A stretch of DNA of 57,111 bases, the filler included, from Sphacelaria rigidula (lineage: Eukaryota), in NCBI GenBank assembly GCA_964200075.2. It is 5 parts of 5 records of this genome, joined end to end, with 100 filler letters (N's around TTAATTAATTAA, not from the genome) between each part and the next. Parts side by side here need not be neighbours in the genome. Positions count along the whole stretch, not along the records: positions 45,772 to 57,111 come from CAXNAA020005044.1; 4 more parts are not named here. The stretch is one strand, 5' to 3'. The position numbers were made by a program, and so were the translations under genes. Numbering within the stretch: the first letter of the stretch is position 1; every line of letters starts with the position of its first letter. The notes under the pieces are model-generated. The model did not search any database and was not told the DNA's origin. It saw only the letters and a program-made list of their open reading frames with translations. Shown piece by piece: positions 48,903 through 57,111 of the stretch.

Positions 48903-50687
48903 CTGCCGAAGGCGAAACCAGCGAATCAGATGGTAGAGCGATATCGTTTACACTAGTCAAGAGTTTGCGGAGGTAGATAGGCGTGTTAACTACTGCCATG
49001 TAAAACCTTTCCCGGCTCACGAGATAGCGGCACTCCTGGTGAGGCGGCGTCGGCCCTTATCCGCCCCCGCTGCTCCCCGTGAACAGGGAATACACGGCCA
49101 AAAGCCGCCGCGAACGAAACACAACGGGCACGTGCTTATCAGCCGGTCCATTGACAGTACTGTATTACAGTCAGTCCAGGCAGGGCATGCATGCTCTTCT
49201 TTACTTCCTGTTTTTTTTACATAATGCTGTCCGAGAACGCGCGCGGACAGCGCCAGATCACGGTACAGGCAGTACGGTGCGGCAAGTACGGTACAGCACA
49301 CGCATGTGCCTTGGCGCATCATACAAGTCACTAGTAAGAATGTGGCGCCGCCATGCTGATGTTGTCGTATCTTCTCCACTGTGAGGGCGCTCGGGAGATC
49401 CAAAACGAGTCCACCCAGCCACAGTTCGAAAACGAACACAAACACCGAAAACGAGGGAGTTTAAGCATGTTTCGTGCACGAAAAGCAACTTGAACCGGTA
49501 TTATTTTCATGCCGACAAGAGGTCGCACAGACAGCTGCTCGCCCGAAAAAAGGACAACGGGATACAGACTGCGAATGTCGGGTCAATTCTAGACTTGACA
49601 GCCTGAAAATGGCACAATGTCGGCTCATGTATCCACTCAGTAAGTACGCAGTCGCGGTGATGGCGTACACTCGTATGTCAAGACTTATTTCTGATGTTTG
49701 CGTCATGCACCGAAACCGCTGCCTGTCAGAAACAAAACAAGTGCCCTCTCGTGCTCCAGCGTTTTTTCTACAAAGTTTAGTTTTGCTCAGCGTTCATACA
49801 CGCACTGCAAAGCACCATGCTGTACTCGATTCGCCTTACTTTCCAGATGCAGTTCCCACGTTGCGTAACACAGCGGGAAAAACCTTCGTCGGCCTCATGG
49901 TCACGAGACTCAAACTCACGTCCAGCGATGACGAAACGGACACGTTTCCTCCGGGACCAAATTGAATGTTCGCAGCAGCATTGGGGAAAACTTGTATCCA
50001 CCGTTTGATGATTTCTCTATACGAACGAGCCTTTGCCTACCCGAGTGCGTCGTGTATTGAGTCGGCATCATTCCCACTCGAAAGAAAACGTAAAACATCA
50101 GACGATCCACGAATCTATCGTCCAAAGGGATCAATAGGCGCATCCTTCGTCATTACATTTTTTCTTGTATTCACTCTCTCCGTGTTATATGAATAAGCAC
50201 CGTTAAACGGCGGACTTCCTTTTTTTCTTACGCAAAGCCCGCACGATTGTCTCCCGGCTCAGTTTGGAAATTCGTGCTTAGAAATCAGGTATCGTCAACC
50301 ACAAGGGCGCAATACAAAAAACGTGTGGGGGCATCCACGTCATCCCCTCTACACATAATACAGAGTTTCGTGTAGACTTTAGTATCGAGGTATCTCCGCA
50401 CGTGAAGGGATTTACTCGAAATGGCGTGTGAATCCAATAGGAACCATTTTTACCGCGCGGTTGAATAGATGGGAATCTGTAGGCATCAGCTACTTCATCA
50501 ACCGACGCCGATCACGGCCCACTTCGTCGACGTCAATGAAACATTTTTCGGCTGCTCCAGCCCATTAGTGTACAAAAATGTGTGGCGAGTGCCGCGTGGG
50601 TGTGGATAGTTTTTTTCGCGTATTGCGTCAAGAGTTCTGAAAAGGAGGGTTGAGGTGCCTTGTGTGTGGACATTTTGCGAGAGGAAG

Positions 50688-50907
50688 TGCCGTAATTGTG
50701 CGAGTCATCGCACACGCCTTGGACCGAATTTCAAAGCTCGATTACTCCACAAGAAGAGAATCAGTTCTGAAAAGGATGACGCTGGAAAGATCTCGTTGAT
50801 AGCTGTCCAAAAACGCGTCGTTCGGTATTGGCACGCTCTTCGTCATGGAGTAATCGAGCTTTGAAATTCGGTCCAGGGGGTGTGCGATGACTCGCACGAT
50901 TACGGCA
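50688..50907. repeat. Hairpin/foldback element with ~62-bp arms
   Basis: TGCCGTAATTGTGCGAGTCATCGCACAC..GGACCGAATTTCAAAGCTCGATTACTCCA and its reverse complement, about 3 mismatches, ~95-bp loop. Confidence 0.9.
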
Positions 50908-51135
50908 TATTGCAAAAGTGCAAAAACAATCGGGAGCCAAACACGATATTTACACACCCGTTGATATGACTTCTCATCGCGGTATGCTCAGACGTCAAAC
51001 GATCCGAGATTCGTGGGGGAACAGACAATGGGGCAGGCTAGCATCCTGGCACCCCGACACACTACGAACCCCCTTGTTCCCAGCATCAGCTGACACTTTC
51101 CACTACGAGATGTCTCAAATGTGCTTTTTTCGTAC

Positions 51136-51255
51136 CTTAACAAGCGTTGTGGCATTGTCCCCCTGAGCTTTATCTTCCAGCATTTCCAAGAATTCCTGCT
51201 TACGAACCTCAAAAACTGCCTTCTCGTACACCACCGCAGATCTTCCCCGAAGAGG
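51136..51255 (-). CDS. WDR47: WDR47-like exon B (CTLH: PLRGR...FEVRKQEFLEML)
   Basis: ATACAG acceptor, AAG|GTACGA donor, 120 nt, phase 0 to 0. Confidence 0.88.
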
Positions 51256-51818
51256 CTGTATGCATACGCACAACAAGAGCGTGCAAACGGTCGCCAACAG
51301 GATCGGGGGTCAGGGCGGGTGTGATATCCTGTCGGCTTGCTGTACGCATGACGAAGAATTCAGGCGATCATTCCACACGTTTTGCCAACAGCGAGTCGCC
51401 TACCGACGCTGAACGTTCATACATAGAGGAGAGCCAGATCCGGGAAGCTTCTCATGATGTCACCTTGGCATACTTAACCCTCTTGTTCAGCCTACTGCTG
51501 TATCGAAGACCGTGCTTGACCCCTTCGACGCCAGGCCTTCCTTCGCGACAAGATGGCCTGCTTACCTTCAATTTCGGTGACGCGGGAGCCACAGCTGAGC
51601 AGCTCCCGTCTGGTTGTGACAACCACCCTCAGCGACAAATACGGTGATGCTCGATCCCCGGCCCTTACGATACCGTTTCGACATGAAACAAAATAAAATA
51701 ATACCTGAGGCAACCAGCCAGGTAGCCCACGTGACTCTCACGCAACTCGTACCGGTCAGTTACCCCCCTGAATGCTGCCATACACTCGCTATATTTTGCC
51801 CGTATGCACGCTGCGTAC

Positions 51819-51968
51819 CTCGAGCAAGGTCAAGGCATCATCCCAACGGCCATCCAGAACAAGGTTTCTCAAGAAAGAGGCATCCTCTCCCAGCACGTCC
51901 GCCTCCACCCCGGACTCCTGCTCTAGGGCACGCATTGCAGCGATATGCCCGCGCCTTCGCAGGTGTTC
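51819..51968 (-). CDS. WDR47: WDR47-like exon A (LisH-CTLH); start exon not located
   Basis: EHLRRRGHIAAMRALEQESGV...DASFLRNLVLDGRWDDALTLLE; 150 nt, CAG acceptor, GTACGC donor. Confidence 0.9.
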
Positions 51969-53228
51969 CTGATACAACAACCGACAACCGCTTGTGCTTC
52001 ATCATTTTGTTCCTCAGATGTTGATTGCTGATTGAAAGGCATTTTTTTTATATCATACAACGCCGGCTGTATTTCTTCGTGTGACATTTTTAGCTTTTGG
52101 CAAACTCGAGCAACATGCAGGTGCAAGAAAACGGGGGAACAAGATGATACTCTGAACGGCTGTCGAGTTATGCACCAGGACAACACAAATGGTCGACGGA
52201 TGGCTGTTCTAACGCTGCATCTGCAAAGTTGAGGAGAGCCAGCTCATTCGTGGGTGGACCCCTATTGCACCGGATAACGCGGATGTATCCCCATGCGCAG
52301 TCGCGATCGTAGCAGCTATGTTGGAGCCCACGCGCGTCCGTAGTGATGTCCACAGTCCGCCTCGCGTAGTACATAAAACTCAAAGTACCCGCCCTCCTCG
52401 CCGCACCAGCCAAGGAAAAGGAACGGTATCGAAGCGAACACATCACGGGTACCACCGCCCGTGTATCCGCTTGTCAACAATCTAGCTGGCAGGTACGCAT
52501 ACGCCCTTACCCCCCTTGCGTTGTTATACCCTCAAGGCAGCTTATCCCCAGGCTACTACAGGGTGTACGCTCGTTGTTTGAAACAGTTACATGAAGCACA
52601 TCGAGAGTCGCCATAATGACGTGTCGTTAACCGCAACCGTTGATCACAACTGCTGGAATTCACTATTATCGTGGAAGGCTCCGACTCTCTGTCTCCCTCT
52701 ACCAAACCCTGGCGTGCGTAGGATGCACTGATTGCTAGGAGAGTCTCTCTCAATGGAAAGAGCCTACATAATGGAGGAAGACCTAGAGTACACCTCACTT
52801 AGGAAACAGCATAAAGCATCGTCGTCAGTAATGCCATTTTTGCGGGCATTTTTTGGCCAATGAGATGCAGATATTTGTATTTTATGAGCCGCCCGGTTTC
52901 GGGCTCTCTGTTGAGCATCTCTCCACTCAAAAATATGTTTGTTTGTTCTTGTGTCAAAAATCGTAATGCTGACCCTCGCCGAAACCCCAGCTCAAGGACC
53001 TTCGCTCATAGGGGGAACACATGGAGTGTAAAAGGCAAAGTGCGCGAGTATAACAGTGAGTGCGGCTACAAGACCAGATAGCTTTGTACGGGAGAGAGAG
53101 CGAAGAGGTTAACCGCAACGCTGATATTACGTGCCAAAATTACATCAACATATCACTACTACGCCAGGGAGAGTAAGACGATAACATCAATTGGGATCCG
53201 TGCCTTGAATCGCGTGTCGTAAACCGTG

Positions 53229-53490
53229 CACGGTTAGGACAAATCATCACGGGTTTGAATCACCAAATCCACGATTTCTTCGGCCTGATTGCCCGAAAGG
53301 GAGAAAAGACTTGACCGCTGGTCCAAGGGGTACCCACCCAACTTTTGCGCCACCCCACGTGTTTGGGCTACCTGTACCTGGGTTGCAACGCTGAAAACAA
53401 AGCCTAGGGGTTGATAGATTCGTACGATTCGAATCAATTACACTAAAACCAAGTAATTTACAGACGAATCATTGATTTGTCCGACCCTTG
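53229..53490. mobile_element. hAT-type MITE, 262 bp
   Basis: 8-bp target duplication AAACCGTG; TIR CACGGTTAGGACAAATC / GATTTGTCCGACCCTTG. Confidence 0.92.
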
Positions 53491-54606
53491 AAACCGTGAA
53501 TGGCTGGAGGAAAGTACCGTGAAGCTCGAGTCGAAACAATGCCCGAAATACGTAAAATCGCCTTCGACGATACCGTTGAGAGGGGGATGGAACAGGCAGA
53601 AGGCTAAACGGATATACGACGGTCGATACATGCAAATATTTACGCCCGAAGACCGCGATACGCTTCTGCTAGCTTGCTGAGGGAAGAACAGATCAGGCGT
53701 AAACGACGAACGACGGGATAAACACAAGCGTTCAACGAATCGACATCCGGGAAGAACAGCAAAACTGGTCACATACACTCTTCACCTTTCGACGAAGACG
53801 TGCAACCGTTCAGCTCAGGTGTCAGCGACGTGGTACCAGGTCGACCTATGTCCAAGCACTGTTGCCCCAACCCATCTATCATGAACCCACGCATCAAGAT
53901 AGTAATAAACACTGAACATCTGAGATCAGCGAGAATATACTTCTCTGCCCTGACCAGAGAAAGCCACACCAAGAACAGCTCCCAGATACCTGTTTTTTTA
54001 GTTGAACCAAAAAACAGCTCCAGCAAAATAATCGCCAAGAGTGGTATCTGCGGCGATCACATGTCACTTGAGACCGCAGATCTAAATCCCCATTTTCGCG
54101 TGGACAATGCGCGATGTGTGGTACCCGCGGTTGAGATGTGGAGGACGCTTCGCAGCTCGTTTGAGCTCAAGTGAAAGAAGTGGATCATCCATCAATCAAA
54201 TTTCAGCGCCGTTCATTATTTTTCAACGAGGGGATAGGGGAGAAATACGGCTTTTTCCTGGCCGATTGTATTTTTCGACTTTTTGCCACGTAGGGTAGGG
54301 CGTTAACACAAAAATAAAAGGGGGGAAACTTTGAAAAATGATCATCATTTCACAAACACTATCGCCTAGTTCATCAGACAAGGTTATGATGACCGACTTC
54401 GCGCATGAGACAGATGAAGTCGTGCGGAATCACACGGCCAGCGGTTTCCTTTGAGCGACTACGCATCACTGACAATGCTGAGCACTTGGTCGTCACGCAC
54501 TGGGCCACAACACCGCCTGCACTAATAGACACGCGCAGTCATATCGATGTAGAACGGCACGTTGATGGGTATGAGACGGTACCAACCGGGGCGGAGGCGG
54601 CGGGGG

Positions 54607-55484
54607 GTACTCATTTGTTGCTTGCCAGAGCCGTTTGGCCACTGACCGCGCATCCCTTGCGAGACGGAGCACCGTTCCTCCTCCTAATAGAGACATCTCC
54701 AACATTTGGGCGCTCAGCACGTCTTCCTTATACACTATAAAAGAACCTTCTACATATTTCATCTCCTTCCTGTCTCGCCGTCTGCGGTCACCATCTGCAT
54801 CCTAGCAGCGCGATCATTTCCTCGCTACCACGAGCTGGGCCAGCAGTGAATCCCGCATTTGCATGTCACACCATAAGTTTACCAAATCAGCCCGACTTGA
54901 GTATATCGGTGTGACCTGCAGACCTACGTGGTAACGCACGGGACCGCCGCCGAATGAAAAAAAATGTCCTGTATAATGTATCACCTAACCGACAGAACGA
55001 AAAAAAAAAAATCCGTCGGGATTCGAACTCGTGACCTCCATAACTGGAGTCAACTGCATCACTTGGATTAATTGAGCGCAGCCGTGCCACACGAAAAGGT
55101 GAATGCTGCGCCAAATTTCTGGAATTTTGGCCGAAAGTGCATCAGGGAATTCATGTCACATTCGTTCAGTTCCTACATTTCCCCCTCCAACACGTCCCAT
55201 TCTTCCCTGTAAAGTTTACACTCTCTCACTCTATGAGCTCTACTGTCTACTGCTTCGTCACAGGGGCAATTCTGCGCATTTACCGTTATACCTCTGTTAT
55301 TTTTGGCAGGTTCAAGTCCCCCAACCGAAATCGCATTTTCAGCTCTTTTGTGTGGTCCATTGTGATGAAAATGCGTATCCATCCCTATCTCTCCCTTATC
55401 CACCCGTATATTCTTCATGTGCTTTTTAACATCCACCTTCCGCCTCAGCGCTAGCCTTCCCCTAATATTTATCGTATATCTCAC
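54607..55484 (-). mobile_element. Longer LINE-like family A 3' fragment with CCHC-type knuckle, interrupted by a tRNA-derived insert
   Basis: CPCDEAVDSRAHRVRECKLYREEWDVLEGEM at 55173-55270; family A tail resumes at 54830-54607. Confidence 0.78.
55003..55090 (-). pseudogene. tRNA-Trp-like pseudogene or SINE head
   Basis: GACTCCAG (CCA anticodon-like), B box GAGTTCGAATCC, followed by a T-run; acceptor stem not intact. Confidence 0.5.
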
Positions 55485-57111
55485 TGTTATTGTGCACCCC
55501 TATCATTTACCTCTGGACACCATCTCTTCTAGGTCTCCTATGTTTTTCCTTACTGCGGCGCGTGGTGGCGGGTAGGGGGGTGGGTGAGAATCCAGCCGAG
55601 CCTGTCCAGGGGTCCAACGCCGCATTGACTGCAAGCGAAAGGGTAGTAGGGCCCACCCGGCAGTTGCATGCGGCAGCCGTAGCGGGCGAAAGAGCGGGAC
55701 GCAGAGCGATAGCAGCGATCGCAGCGGGTGCGGCAGACGCCGGTATTGTTGGCTCCGGGCTGAGGGCCTTGATGACCCTGCAGTGGAATGCAGTGGCGGT
55801 GGCAGTAGACAAGCGTGTTCTTGGCGGTGGCGACCGCGATAAACGCCAAGTGTCCTTAGTGGCGGGCTGGGGATGGCGGCTTGCCGGTCCAACACTACGG
55901 CGATCTCAGGCGGATAAAGGGAAGGGTCAGTCACGACTCCACTGCCGGCGGTGACTGCAGCGAGCCGAGGATGTTGGCGGCAGAGATCTACCGGGGTGAC
56001 CCCACAGATACACCTTTGGGCCGTAACCAGCGGGCAACCAAGCCGGACGGCGGCGGCCGCGGGAGGTGTAGGTGTTGCCCCCCACAGGGGGTTCGGGGGG
56101 CGGCCCGACAGTCTCATATTGCGGCGGTGACAAACAGTGGAAGGGGCGAGGCACCAGCACCGCCAGACGCACGTCTGCTTAGTGTGGCGCCCTCCCCACG
56201 CCTCTACTCCTGGTGCATTCCCCCATCATTTGCGGTTTCGCCTTGGGAGTGGGTCTGATGGGAGCATCTACAGGACACCTGGGCCACGTAAAGGTGAGGG
56301 AGACGTATCCGCGGTGCACTTCTTTCACTCCTGGAGCCTATTCGGCGAGCGTTCAAACAAGTGGCGGGTGATTTTCATCTACACTAGTGAGTGAATTGTT
56401 CTACTGCTGGCTAGGTGCATTACGCCCACGTGCTCAAGCGTGGTCAAAGGTACTGTCGGACGGGTCGTAAATTGTAGCTCCACACGAATACCGGTGAAAC
56501 GGGGTATGCAGCGCTACCGAAGAATCTCGCGGGCGGCAGCGAGAATGCTTGGGCTCCTGACGATCATCGTCCTTGGCTCATGCAATCTCTAGAACATCTG
56601 AACGCACCTGGTGGTCGGATGCAATTTCCTACCACAAGTACCCAGCGTCCCTTCGCTCAACACGTGGGACTTTGTGTGCAAGGCCTGTCTCGGTGAAGGA
56701 CGGTAGCCTGAGGATGGAGTCTTATGTCAGCAAGATTCGCGCGCGCATCATCACAGCACATAAGCAAATTCCTTTTCGCTGCTGCCCAGACTTGGACGCG
56801 GAGGTCGAACAGTGAGGAGGGGGGGAAGGCGTGTCGGGACCGGATGCCCACAGTATACTTCACGGGCGCGAGTGGAGAATTGAACCAGAGAGGGGAAACA
56901 CATCACAAAGGCGGCAAGAAAACGGCCAGACGGGGGGTGATGGAGCTCGCACGCAAGAATATCGTTGTTGACTCATCAAGTCAGAAGTATGTGAACAGAC
57001 CCGGGAAGCTGCGAATTCTGAATCATTCCACGATTAGGACAAATGATGATTCGTCTGGAAATTACTTGGTTTTAGCATAATAAGTCGACTCGTGATGAAT
57101 GAATCCCCATG

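Noticed and set aside
48521..48976. Plus-strand 151-aa ORF
   Set aside because: Antisense shadow of WDR47-like exon C plus a repeat tail

Overview
Eukaryotic, intron-rich and repeat-dense DNA, most consistent with a brown alga (Phaeophyceae) or a related stramenopile; this is inferred from intron style and from repeat families I recognise from memory, not from a search. The window is not one locus. It is five contigs of 11344, 11343, 11342, 11342 and 11340 bp, in descending length order, joined by identical 100-bp N44-TTAATTAATTAA-N44 linkers, so nothing should be linked across the linkers. Contig 1 has a head-to-head pair of partial genes (a putative secreted glycosyltransferase-like protein and a multi-exon unknown protein) plus a decayed element with a 180/360-bp repeat. 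Contig 2 has the 3' exons of an unknown minus-strand gene, a Ty1/copia RT-RNaseH relic, MITEs and SINEs. Contig 3 is mostly decayed Ty3/gypsy-type sequence. Contig 4 has the first two exons of a polyol/sugar porter with a MITE-filled intron. Contig 5 has five phase-consistent exons of a WDR47-like LisH/CTLH protein. I found no convincing novel multi-gene system. The most unusual signal is two related LINE-like families whose copies end in TGAGTAC followed by a C-rich tract instead of poly(A). Most ORFs in the supplied track are spurious.
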